Of a stretch of DNA of 64,000 bases, positions 8,307-17,289 are shown in pieces. Position 1 is the first letter of the stretch. Every line of letters starts with the position of its first letter. The DNA comes from an uncultured delta proteobacterium (GTDB lineage Bacteria; Myxococcota_A; UBA9160; SMWR01). Made by a program: the position numbers and the translations under genes. The stretch lies in contig CAWHTE010000001.1 of NCBI GenBank assembly GCA_963832165.1, forward strand, positions 480,001-544,000, written 5' to 3'. The notes under the pieces were generated by a model. The model saw only the letters and a list, made by a program, of their open reading frames with translations, did no database searches and was not told the DNA's origin.

Positions 8307-8744
8307 TCAGTCGGGGTCCTGGCCGATGACCACCCAGGAGCGGATCGCGTCCGTGAAGTAGAAGCCCGGCTTTTCCGGTGTCAGTCGCTTCGGCACGAAA
8401 CCATTGGCGCCCAGCGCATAGCACCGATCGATGTCCTCTTTGCGCGTCGACCACGATTGGACGATCACGGGAATTTTGCGGGTGTGGGGCGCCTCGCGGA
8501 GGCGGCGCAGTACCTCCCAGCCGTCGATGCGCGGCATCCGCAGGTCGAGAAAGATCGCCTGGGGGTGCAGCCGGGCCTCCTTCGGCGCGCTGTCGCCGTT
8601 CACGCCGAGCGCATCGAGCACCTCGCGGCCATCGTGGAAGACCGTGATCTCCACGCGAAGCCCCTCGCGGCGCGCGGCGCGCAGCGCGACCTCGATGTCG
8701 TCGCGGTTGTCGTCGACCAGCACGATGTTCGGCGAGGTGCTCAT
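8307..8744 (-). CDS. Single-domain response regulator (Rcp1-like receiver)
   Basis: IVLVDDNRDD, FLDLRMPRIDGWEVL, DIDRCYALGANGFVPK. Confidence 0.88.
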   Translation of the reverse strand: MSTSPNIVLVDDNRDDIEVALRAARREGLRVEITVFHDGREVLDALGVNGDSAPKEARLHPQAIFLDLRMPRIDGWEVLRRLREAPHTRKIPVIVQSWSTRKEDIDRCYALGANGFVPKRLTPEKPGFYFTDAIRSWVVIGQDPD

Positions 8745-10342
8745 GACGCCGCCCCGGCAGCGGGAAGTGTGAACGTGACGCGCGCTCCTGCGTTGACTTC
8801 GCCTTCGGCCCACACACGCCCGGAATGGCGCTGGATGATCTTCTTGACCAGTGCGAGACCCACGCCGATTCCCGGGATCTCGGGCGAGGTGTGCAGACGC
8901 TCGAACACGCCGAAGAGCTTGCCCGCGTACTGCATGTCCAAGCCCATTCCGTTGTCGGCGATCTCGTACACGGACTCGCGGCCGGCGGCGTTGCCCCGCA
9001 TCACGACGCGGCGCTTCTCTCGCCCGCGCGAGAACTTGAGCGCATTGTCGAACAGGTTGTCGAGCACCTCGGCGACGAGAGTCGGATCACCGAGTGCGTT
9101 CGGCAGCGGCTCCAGCACCCACTCGACCTCTTGATCTTCGGGAGACGACTTTGCCCGCGCGAAGCGCTCGCGAGCGAGTGCGCTCATGTCGATCTCCTGG
9201 GTCTCGAGCGCCGCGCTGCGCGCGCGGTCCAGGCGCAGGAGTCCGTCGAGCAGATCGGTGGCGCGATGAGCGCTCCTGCGGATCCGCCCCAGGATCTCGA
9301 CGCCCTCTTCATCCAGTCGGTCGCGATAGTCTGCATCGAGGATCGCCGAGAAATTGAGAATCGCGCCGAGCGGCGACTTCAGGTCGTGCGAGAACGACTG
9401 GGTCAGCGTCTCGAGCTCTGCGGTCCGGTCCGCGACACGCGCCTCGAGGATCTCGTTGAGTCGGCGCAGCTCGTCCCTGTTGGCTACGAGCTGGCGCTGG
9501 CCGGCCGTAAGCTCGCGCTCTCGACGGAAGGTGCTCTGGAGCTCGTGCGTCAACAGACCCAGCGCGAGTGCGAGGAACAGTCCGACCACGAGCAGGTAGT
9601 GCGCATCGGGGGTGAGGGTTGCGGCCGCGAGCTCTTCGGTCGGCTCCAGCGTCACGGACCAGTCGATGCCGACGATCAGCGGCACGGGGGCCTCAGTGAC
9701 CCACCAAGCGAGCGACGGGTCGCGAGCGGGCTCGCCGCGCCGGAACAGCTCGTCGTCTCCCCAGCGAACGCGGATCGCGTAGCCGGGCGCCCAGTTCTGG
9801 AGTACGTCCGCGAGCAGGCGAGCGGCGTTCACGCGCGCTTCGAGAGCACCCAGGTCCCCGCTCTTGGTTTGCACGGGCAGGAACAGACGGAAGCCGATCG
9901 CGCCGCTGGCGTCGCGCTCGGGGCCCACCACGCTCTGTGCTTTCCACTTCGCCCGGTCGTTCGGAACGATCGTTGCGGGCGGAGCATCGCGGGCCGCCAT
10001 GCTGTAGCGGTGGCCATCGGGATGGTCCCAGACCAGGTAGGCCAGGGCCGGGAAGCTCTCGAGCAGGATGTCGGCGTTCGCGCGCCACTCTTCGATGGGC
10101 CGCACCCCGACCGTCGCCCAGAATCCGACCAGGTTGCGCAGCGCGACGACGTACTCGCGTACTCCGGCCTCCACCGCGCGCCGGGATTGCGCCGCGGTCA
10201 GCTCGGCCATGGTTCGCACCTGCGCGCGGCGCTGGTCGATCAGATGGTCCCAACCGACGATGCAAAGCGTCGCGGCGACACCCGCCACGAGAACGGAGAC
10301 CCAGAGATCCTTCAGCTGTTTAACGATTCGAGTCTCCGCCAT
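8741..10342 (-). CDS. Membrane sensor histidine kinase (2 TM, periplasmic sensor, Cph1-type kinase core)
   Basis: SFSHDLKSPL, NLFDNALKF, DNGMGLD, LFGVFERLH, GIGVGLA. Confidence 0.9.
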   Translation of the reverse strand: MAETRIVKQLKDLWVSVLVAGVAATLCIVGWDHLIDQRRAQVRTMAELTAAQSRRAVEAGVREYVVALRNLVGFWATVGVRPIEEWRANADILLESFPALAYLVWDHPDGHRYSMAARDAPPATIVPNDRAKWKAQSVVGPERDASGAIGFRLFLPVQTKSGDLGALEARVNAARLLADVLQNWAPGYAIRVRWGDDELFRRGEPARDPSLAWWVTEAPVPLIVGIDWSVTLEPTEELAAATLTPDAHYLLVVGLFLALALGLLTHELQSTFRRERELTAGQRQLVANRDELRRLNEILEARVADRTAELETLTQSFSHDLKSPLGAILNFSAILDADYRDRLDEEGVEILGRIRRSAHRATDLLDGLLRLDRARSAALETQEIDMSALARERFARAKSSPEDQEVEWVLEPLPNALGDPTLVAEVLDNLFDNALKFSRGREKRRVVMRGNAAGRESVYEIADNGMGLDMQYAGKLFGVFERLHTSPEIPGIGVGLALVKKIIQRHSGRVWAEGEVNAGARVTFTLPAAGAAS

Positions 10343-10583
10343 CCCTTCGCATGCTCTGTCCCCGACCGACGGTTTTGTAGAAATTGCACGTAGAACCCTG
10401 ACCGGAGAGCTTCAGGGCGCTTGCAGAACGACCTCATTCGGCTCGAGGAAAGCCCCCGCAAGATTCGAGCCAAGGGTCGCACACGCCCCGCGCTGGCCGC
10501 TGGAGATCGTTCACGCGCGTGTGCAACTGCTTCCGACCCAGAGCCGCGCTTGGAACCGAGACGCGCGCAGAGTCGCCCACGCG

Positions 10584-10599
10584 TGGCACATGCCTTGCA
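10584..10599 (+). promoter_or_regulatory. sigma54 promoter for csbD-activator operon
   Basis: TGGCAC-ATGCC-TTGCA, perfect consensus. Confidence 0.85.
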
Positions 10600-10647
10600 C
10601 CCTCTTGCGAGAGCGGCGATTCACCGCCGCGATGATTGGGGGAACTC

Positions 10648-10845
10648 ATGAATTGGGACCGGATCGAAGGCAATTGGAAGCAGTTCAAGGGCAAGGCCAA
10701 GCGGAAGTGGGGCGAGCTCACCGACGATGATCTCGACAAGCTGGCCGGAAGGCGCGACGAGCTGGTCGGCAAGATCCAGGAGCGCCTGGGCATCGAGCGC
10801 GAAAAGGCGGAGCGAGAAGTGAACGAGTGGGCGAACTCGCTCTGA
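10648..10845 (+). CDS. csbD: CsbD/YjbJ family general stress protein
   Basis: MNWDRIEGNWKQFKGKAKRKWGELTDDDLDKLAGRRDELVGKIQERLG. Confidence 0.93.
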   Translation: MNWDRIEGNWKQFKGKAKRKWGELTDDDLDKLAGRRDELVGKIQERLGIEREKAEREVNEWANSL

Positions 10846-10929
10846 ACACTCTCTGACGCTCTGAATACTCGCTGAACGAACGGGGAGACTTTGGATGAGA
10901 CGCGAACAACACTCGGTCACGGCGAGCTG

Positions 10930-12420
10930 ATGAGCGCACCGCAACGCGCAAGGATTCGAGAGGTCGAGCAAGCCGGATCGATGGACCCGGTTCCGCTGCC
11001 GCTTGCACTGATCGTCGACGATGACGACGATTTCTCCGCGAGCGTCGCGGCCCTGGTGAGTCGCGAGGGATTCGAATCGCGGCTCGCCGGGTCGCTCGAC
11101 GCAGCGCGCAAGGAGCTCGCCAGTGCGGCACCCGATGTGGTGCTCGTGGATCTGGAGCTCCCGGACGGGAACGGCCTCGAGCTGCTCGACGAGGTGGGTC
11201 CGGCGTCGGACATCGAGTTCGTCGTGGTGACCGGCAACGGGACGATCGATACGGCCGTGCGCGCCATGCGCGACGGCGTGCTCGACTATCTCGCAAAGCC
11301 CTTCGACCCCGCGCGCCTGACGGGCGTGCTCGCGAACGTGGCGCGCACGCGCGGTCTCAAGCGCGAGCTCAACGGCCTGCGCTCGCAGCTGCGACGCCTG
11401 GGCCGGTTCGGAAAGCTCGTCGGCTCCTCCGAGCCGATGCAGGACGTCTACAACCTGATCGCGCGCGTGGCCCCGACCAACGCCACCGTGCTCGTGGTCG
11501 GCGAGAGCGGCACGGGCAAGGAGCTCGTCGCCGAGACGCTGCATGAGCTGTCCCGGCGCAAGGATCATCCGCTCTTCGCGGTCAATTGCGGCGCTGTGTC
11601 GCCGAGTCTGATCGAGAGCGAGCTGTTCGGCCACGAGAAGGGCAGCTTCACGAGCGCGGACCGCAAGCACATCGGCTATTTCGAGCGCGCCAAGGGCGGC
11701 ACGTTGCTCCTCGACGAGATCACCGAGATGAGTCCGGAGCTCCAGGTGAAGCTCTTGCGCGTGCTCGAATCGGGGCACTTCATGCGCGTCGGCGGAAACG
11801 ACCCGATCACGGCCGACGTCCGGATCATCGCCGCGACGAACCGCGACCCGGTCGAGGCGGTCAAGAGCGGCGCGCTGCGCGAGGATCTCTACTACCGGCT
11901 CAACGTGTTTGCGATCTCGCTACCGCCGCTGCGCGAGCGCGGTGCCGACATCCAGCTGCTCGCCCAGCACTTCCTCGACGAGCAGAACGCGAGCGCGGGC
12001 ACGCAGAAGCGGTGGACCCCGCAGGCGCTGAAGGCACTCGGAGAGCGACCGTGGCGCGGCAACGTGCGCGAGCTGCACAACGCGGTACAGCAGGCGTACA
12101 TCCTCGCCGATCGCGAGATCGGCGAAGACGTGCTCGGAGCTTACGAACCCATCAATGGCAGGAGTGCGCCCACCTGCGAACACGGAACGCTCAAAGTATC
12201 CGTCGGAAGCGAGATCGCGGCGGTCGAGAAGCAGCTGATCCTGGCCACACTCGATCATTACGATGGCGACAAGCGCCAGGCCGCCCACACACTCGGGATC
12301 AGCTTGAAGACGCTCTACAACCGGCTCGCGGTGTATCGCGCGGGAGCGGAGAGAGCGGAGAGCGCGCCTGCGATCGGTCAACCCATTCGCGGGAAGACCG
12401 GAGCGGTGGTCGGAGGTTAG
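10930..12420 (+). CDS. sigma54-dependent response regulator (NtrC family), copy 2; start uncertain (10891/10930/10981)
   Basis: Same motifs as copy 1; AAA core nearly identical at DNA level. Confidence 0.93.
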   Translation: MSAPQRARIREVEQAGSMDPVPLPLALIVDDDDDFSASVAALVSREGFESRLAGSLDAARKELASAAPDVVLVDLELPDGNGLELLDEVGPASDIEFVVVTGNGTIDTAVRAMRDGVLDYLAKPFDPARLTGVLANVARTRGLKRELNGLRSQLRRLGRFGKLVGSSEPMQDVYNLIARVAPTNATVLVVGESGTGKELVAETLHELSRRKDHPLFAVNCGAVSPSLIESELFGHEKGSFTSADRKHIGYFERAKGGTLLLDEITEMSPELQVKLLRVLESGHFMRVGGNDPITADVRIIAATNRDPVEAVKSGALREDLYYRLNVFAISLPPLRERGADIQLLAQHFLDEQNASAGTQKRWTPQALKALGERPWRGNVRELHNAVQQAYILADREIGEDVLGAYEPINGRSAPTCEHGTLKVSVGSEIAAVEKQLILATLDHYDGDKRQAAHTLGISLKTLYNRLAVYRAGAERAESAPAIGQPIRGKTGAVVGG

Positions 12421-12423
12421 GCG

Positions 12424-12768
12424 ATGGAGACGCTTCGCGAGGCGATCGCCCGCCTGGAGCGGGACGGATACGAAGCCGTGTTCCGCGCACGCCCGACGGG
12501 CTTTCTCGAGGTGAAGAACGATCACATCTACGCGCCCGAGGATCTGGTCGTCGATGAGCTCGTGCGCTTCGAGGGAGAGAGCGACCCCGACGATGAAGCC
12601 GTGCTCTTCGCACTGCGCACACGCGATGGCCGCGTCCGCGGCACGTTCGTGGCGACCTATGGTCCGCTCGCAGATCCCATCAGCGGAGAGCTGATCCAGC
12701 GACTGCACGCGCGATCGCGCCAACCGCAACGAGAGACGAGATCCCCCCTACGCGCACGCGCGGGATGA
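12424..12768 (+). CDS. Conserved hypothetical protein (family often labelled phosphoribosylpyrophosphate synthetase-like; RFEGxSDPDD motif)
   Basis: TLREAIARLERDGY...RFEGESDPDDEAVLFAL...GTFVATYG; GGAGG RBS. Confidence 0.7.
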   Translation: METLREAIARLERDGYEAVFRARPTGFLEVKNDHIYAPEDLVVDELVRFEGESDPDDEAVLFALRTRDGRVRGTFVATYGPLADPISGELIQRLHARSRQPQRETRSPLRARAG

Positions 12769-12850
12769 CCTCTCGTTGAAAGACTTGCAGCGCCACCCCG
12801 ATCTTGCACGGCGGGGCGCGTGCTCATGGCCGATTGGCCTGACCTGCCCG

Positions 12851-12866
12851 TGGCACGGTCTCTGCA
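12851..12866 (+). promoter_or_regulatory. sigma54 promoter for second BON gene
   Basis: TGGCAC-GGTCT-CTGCA. Confidence 0.75.
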
Positions 12867-12951
12867 CTCTAGCTCTCTGAGGACGAAGCACCGCTTCGCC
12901 CGCGCTCCCGTCGACGAGGCCTTGGTGCCTCCGAGCGGAGAGGAGAGGACC

Positions 12952-14001
12952 ATGATCAGCAAGCTTTCAAAGCACTCGAAGTACTGGATTGCGGTAGCGG
13001 TCGCCACCCTCGTCGCGGCGCCCGCGATCGCGGATCAACCCAAGGACGGTTACATCACCACGAAGGTGAAGATGAAGATGCTCACGGGCGACATGAGCAG
13101 TCCGTTCCAGATCGACGTCGACACGCTCGACGGGGTCGTGACGCTCGGTGGTCGCGTGGAATCGGAAGCGTCGAGAGACGAAGCCGAACAGACCGCATTG
13201 AGCGTGAAGGGCGTTCGCGACGTGCGCAACATGCTCGCAGTGATCCCCGGGGCGCACCAGAAGCAGATCGCGGAGTCCGATCGCCAGCTCGAGAAGCGCC
13301 TCGAGACCGTTCTCGACCGCGACTACGCGCTCGAGCACAGTGACATCCGGGTCAAGTCCGTCCACGGCGGAAACGTAATCCTCGCCGGCCGGGCGACCAA
13401 CATCGCCGCGCATCAGCGCGCGCTCGAGGACGTTCGCAGCGTCGACGGCGTCGTCCGGGTCGCCAGCGAGATCGAGAGCGAGAGCGGGACTCGGTTCGCG
13501 GACGAGCAGGTCCGCCTCGAGATACCGCGGCGCTCGTTCGCGACCGCGACTTCGGACGGGTGGATCACCACGAAGGTGAAGTTCCAGCTGATCCGCAAGC
13601 CCGGAATCGCTCCGCTCGCGATGAACGTCGACACGCACAGCGGCATCGTGACGTTGTTCGGGACCGTGAGCACCGAAGACGGTCGGCGCGAGGCCGGACT
13701 CCAGGCGATGAAAGTCGATGGCGTGAAGACCGTGGAGAACGAGCTCCAGGTCGTCTCGAAGACCGCCGAGAACCGCATCGAGAAGCGCGACGATCAGATC
13801 CGCGACTCGCTGCAGGATCACATCGAGTCCCGCGAGGCGCTCGGCGACGACAACATCGAGGTCGAGGTCGCGAACGGTGTCGTGCGGCTCACCGGAAGCG
13901 TCGACCGCACCTGGGACCACATGACCGCGGTCTCGATCGCGCGATCGACGCTGGGCGTGCGCTCGGTGGTCGACGACCTGCGCGTCGAGCACAAGGGGTA
14001 G
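12952..14001 (+). CDS. Secreted 4xBON-domain protein (OsmY-like), paralog 2
   Basis: AGGAGAGG RBS, signal peptide (APAIA), collinear with 5784-6842. Confidence 0.9.
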   Translation: MISKLSKHSKYWIAVAVATLVAAPAIADQPKDGYITTKVKMKMLTGDMSSPFQIDVDTLDGVVTLGGRVESEASRDEAEQTALSVKGVRDVRNMLAVIPGAHQKQIAESDRQLEKRLETVLDRDYALEHSDIRVKSVHGGNVILAGRATNIAAHQRALEDVRSVDGVVRVASEIESESGTRFADEQVRLEIPRRSFATATSDGWITTKVKFQLIRKPGIAPLAMNVDTHSGIVTLFGTVSTEDGRREAGLQAMKVDGVKTVENELQVVSKTAENRIEKRDDQIRDSLQDHIESREALGDDNIEVEVANGVVRLTGSVDRTWDHMTAVSIARSTLGVRSVVDDLRVEHKG

Positions 14002-14021
14002 GGCGGTTTCGTCGCGGAGAC

Positions 14022-14999
14022 TCAGCCCTGGTCGGGAGGCGTGAGCTTCCAGCCCGAGGCGGCCACGAAGCGCTGCATGAACGCAGGCTCGTAGGCCTCC
14101 TCGGGCGTCTCGCGCACCATGCGGTCGAGGACGTGCGCGTCCTCGCCCACGAGGATGCGCCAGCGCTCCTCGCGGACTCCGTCGAGGATGACCTTCGCCG
14201 CTTCTTCCGCGCTCATCGGCGCCTGGTCGCGGAAGATCTCGGCGCGCAGGAGCAGCAGCTGGCGGATCTCTTCGCGGCTCGCGCCCGAAACGTCGAAGCC
14301 GAGTCGCACGATGCTCTGGCGCGCTTCCTCGAGCTGATCGTCGGGCATCTCCTTCGGGTCCCGACCGAGGATCCGCGCGGAGTTGCTGATGATGGCCGTA
14401 CCGATGTGGCCCGGCATCACGAGCGACACCTTCACGTGAGGTGCGTTCACGCGAAAGTCGTTGATCAACGCCTCCGTGAAACCCTTCACGGCGAACTTCG
14501 CGCTGCTGTAGGAGGTGTGCGCGGTGGTCGGTCCCAGCGACGCCCAGAAGCCGTTCACGCTGCTCGTGTTGATCAGATGGCCTGCGGTGCTCGCGATGAG
14601 CATCGGCACGAACGCGCGTGAGCAGTAGTACACGCCGAACCAGCAGATCTCGAAGGTCTTCTCCCAATCGGCGCGCTCGTCGCGGATGAAGCTTCCGGCC
14701 GCACCGATTCCCGCGTTGTTGAACAACAGGTTGATGTGATCGGTGCGGTGTTCGCGCGCCACCGCGTCGCGGAACGCGAGCACCTGCTCCTCGTTCGAAA
14801 CGTCGGCGCGCGTCGCGCTCACGCGCGTCCCGCGCGGCGCCCCGCGTTCGCAGAGGGCCTTCGTCTGCGCCATCGACTCCTCGGAGATGTCGCAGATGGC
14901 GACGTGGCATCCCTCGGCCGTCAGCTGCAGGGCCAGCTCGCGGCCCATGCCCGTGCCGCCGCCCGTGATCACCGCGATCTTGCCGCCAAATTCCTTCAT
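14022..14999 (-). CDS. Short-chain dehydrogenase/reductase
   Basis: TGGGTGMG, NNAG, YSSAK. Confidence 0.92.
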   Translation of the reverse strand: MKEFGGKIAVITGGGTGMGRELALQLTAEGCHVAICDISEESMAQTKALCERGAPRGTRVSATRADVSNEEQVLAFRDAVAREHRTDHINLLFNNAGIGAAGSFIRDERADWEKTFEICWFGVYYCSRAFVPMLIASTAGHLINTSSVNGFWASLGPTTAHTSYSSAKFAVKGFTEALINDFRVNAPHVKVSLVMPGHIGTAIISNSARILGRDPKEMPDDQLEEARQSIVRLGFDVSGASREEIRQLLLLRAEIFRDQAPMSAEEAAKVILDGVREERWRILVGEDAHVLDRMVRETPEEAYEPAFMQRFVAASGWKLTPPDQG

Positions 15000-15041
15000 G
15001 CGTGCTCCCTCCGCAGGCGCGACACGATACTATGATCCCGA

Positions 15042-15800
15042 ATGATGGCGCTCGTCGGACCGATCCTCGTACTCGCCGGCTTCGGTCTCTACATGGGGAG
15101 CACCCGGCTCGGCCGATTCCGGCGCGTGCCGTGGGAATTTCTCGCGGTGTCGGCGCTCGGCGTCGCGATTTCGGCCACGCACGCGGTCGCGGTGCCCTCC
15201 GCCTCGAGCACCGCCGGTGCGATCGCGAGCGCCGTGCTGTTCGCGGGCCTGCTCTGGTTCTTCTTCTCGTTCTCGATGTATGGCCCGCGCGAAGACCGGC
15301 CGCGCGTGGGTGATCTCTTTCCATCGTTTCGACTGCCCGCTTCGGACGGAGCGCTCTTCGATTCGAGGTCGGCGCGCGGAAAGCGCCTGCTGCTGATCTT
15401 CTACCGCGGGAGCTGGTGACCCTTCTGCACGACGGAGCTCGGCGAGCTCCGCAAGCGGTATCGCGAGATCCTCGATCGCGGCGTCGAGGTCGCGGCGGTG
15501 AGCGTCGATCCGCCCGAGATCTCGGAGAAGCTGCGCACGAAGCTCGATCTCCCGATCCGGATCCTGTGCGACGTGGATGGCACCCTCATGGACCCGCTCG
15601 GGATCCGTCACGACGGCGGCATGCCGCCCGACTTGATCGCGGGTGAGGTCGCCAGGATCAACCCGAGTCGGGACCTCTTCCTGGCCACGAACTACCTGCT
15701 CGACGAGGCCGGCGTGATCCGCTGGATCTATCGGCCCGACACCTACCGCATGCGCGCCTCGATCGATGAGCTGCTCGCGGCGATCGACTCGCTCGGGTGA
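15042..15800 (+). CDS. Membrane-anchored AhpC/TSA peroxiredoxin-like selenoprotein (UGA 15417-15419 = Sec, UxxC)
   Basis: ORFs 15042-15419 and 15498-15800 share a frame; read-through gives FYRGSW-U-PFCTTEL...VAAVSVD...NYLLDEAGVIRW; SECIS-like hairpin follows. Confidence 0.85.
15433..15451 (+). promoter_or_regulatory. Bacterial SECIS-like hairpin
   Basis: CGGAGCTC-GGC-GAGCTCCG, 8-bp stem, G-first loop 21 nt after UGA. Confidence 0.7.
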
Positions 15801-15806
15801 GGGGAG

Positions 15807-17255
15807 CTAGAGCGAGCGCGGCCGCAGGTACTCGGCGATGAAGGTTCGCTCCCAGAAGACCCCGGTGGCCTTGCGCTGCCGGCGGTCCGCGAAGCGATAG
15901 CGGTAGAAGCTCGCTCGCACGAAGCGCGGCCGCTTGCCGTCGAAGGGATCCGTCCGCAGCAGCGCGAGCGTCGCAGGATCGGCCTCGAGGAGCTTTTCCA
16001 CGAAGCGCACGAACCAGCGCTCGTGTCCGAGGATCGAGAGCTGCCGCCGGTCCTCGATCACGCCGACCGAGAGCGGCAGGAACCACATCAGCCAATCCAG
16101 CCGCAGGTGATAGGGCGCCCATTGGCGCGGGCGGCGTCGAACGTCGCCGGGCTTCCCCTTGAACTCGTACTCGCGCCAGCGCGTGGTCTCGGCGACCCGT
16201 TCGGAGTCCGTGCCCTCGACCACGATTTCGTATCGGCGGCGGGTCACGCTGCCGAATGCGCCGTAGCTCCCGACCAGATGCAGCGGGTTGTAGCTGTAGT
16301 TCATGCGTTGATGCTTCGAGAAGAAGTTCAGCGTCGGCTGGATGCTCAGCAGAGCCGTGGCGGCGGCGAGCACACCGAGCACGATGTCGAAGCCGAGCGG
16401 TCGCGGCGCGAGCGGCGGCGCGCCCCAGGCCCCGAGCATCGACAGCGTTCCATCCGAGAACGCCGTGAGCCCGAGGATCACCGTGAGCCAGTTCAGCCAC
16501 GAGTAGTTTCCGCTCACGATCAGCACGAGCTGATGGACGATGATGAGACCACCCGAGATCGCTGCGATCGGCTGCGGCGCGAACAGCCCGAAGGGCACGG
16601 CGACCTGCACGAAGTGGCTGAATCCGACGCTCGCGCGGTGAACGAGTCGCGGGAGCGCGTGGAAGTGCGCGCTCAGCGGATTCGGCATCGGTTGCGTTTC
16701 GTGGTGGTAGTAGAGGCAGGTGAGATCGCGCCAGCAGCGGTCGTGTCGGAGTTTGATGAGTCCGGCGCCGAGCTCGACCCGGAACAGCATCCAGCGCAGC
16801 GCGAGGACTGGAATCAGCGAGGGCGACATCCCGCTCGGCCCCAGGAACGCGGCGAAGAATCCCGCTTCGAGCAGCATCGATTCCCAGCCGAAGCCGTAGA
16901 ACGTCTGACCCACGTTGACGATCGAGAGGTAGAGCACCCAGAGCAGCAGCCAGACTCCGATCGAGAGCCACAGCGGGCCGGCCTCCGAGAGACCGGTCAG
17001 CGCACACAGCGCGAGCGCGATGCCGAGCGCCGCGACGGCGCGCAGGAAGCGATCGGAGTAGTGGAGGTGGAACAGGCTCGGCGCGTCGAGGAACCGGACC
17101 CGCGCGAGGTGATTCGGCACCGGCAAGAGGCCGCGCTCGCCGAGCAACGCCGGGAACTGGTGGTACGCGTCGAGGAAGGCGATCAGATAGATCGCGGCCA
17201 GGCCGCGCTGGATCAGCAGCCTCACCAGCCAGACGTCGCCGAAGTAGGTCTCCAT
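15807..17255 (-). CDS. Lipase maturation factor (LMF1) family membrane protein
   Basis: FYGFGWESMLLEAGF, YHHETQPMPNPLS, GNYSWLNWLT, WREYEFKGKPGD, APYHLRLDWLMWF. Confidence 0.92.
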   Translation of the reverse strand: METYFGDVWLVRLLIQRGLAAIYLIAFLDAYHQFPALLGERGLLPVPNHLARVRFLDAPSLFHLHYSDRFLRAVAALGIALALCALTGLSEAGPLWLSIGVWLLLWVLYLSIVNVGQTFYGFGWESMLLEAGFFAAFLGPSGMSPSLIPVLALRWMLFRVELGAGLIKLRHDRCWRDLTCLYYHHETQPMPNPLSAHFHALPRLVHRASVGFSHFVQVAVPFGLFAPQPIAAISGGLIIVHQLVLIVSGNYSWLNWLTVILGLTAFSDGTLSMLGAWGAPPLAPRPLGFDIVLGVLAAATALLSIQPTLNFFSKHQRMNYSYNPLHLVGSYGAFGSVTRRRYEIVVEGTDSERVAETTRWREYEFKGKPGDVRRRPRQWAPYHLRLDWLMWFLPLSVGVIEDRRQLSILGHERWFVRFVEKLLEADPATLALLRTDPFDGKRPRFVRASFYRYRFADRRQRKATGVFWERTFIAEYLRPRSL

Positions 17256-17289
17256 CGGTGGCGGGTCACCGCCTCCGGCTTGCTCCGCT

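Noticed and set aside
15042..15419. Two separate small genes or a nonsense pseudogene at 15042-15800
   Set aside because: The stop is TGA exactly at the catalytic Cys with a SECIS-like hairpin behind it; Sec read-through is more parsimonious.
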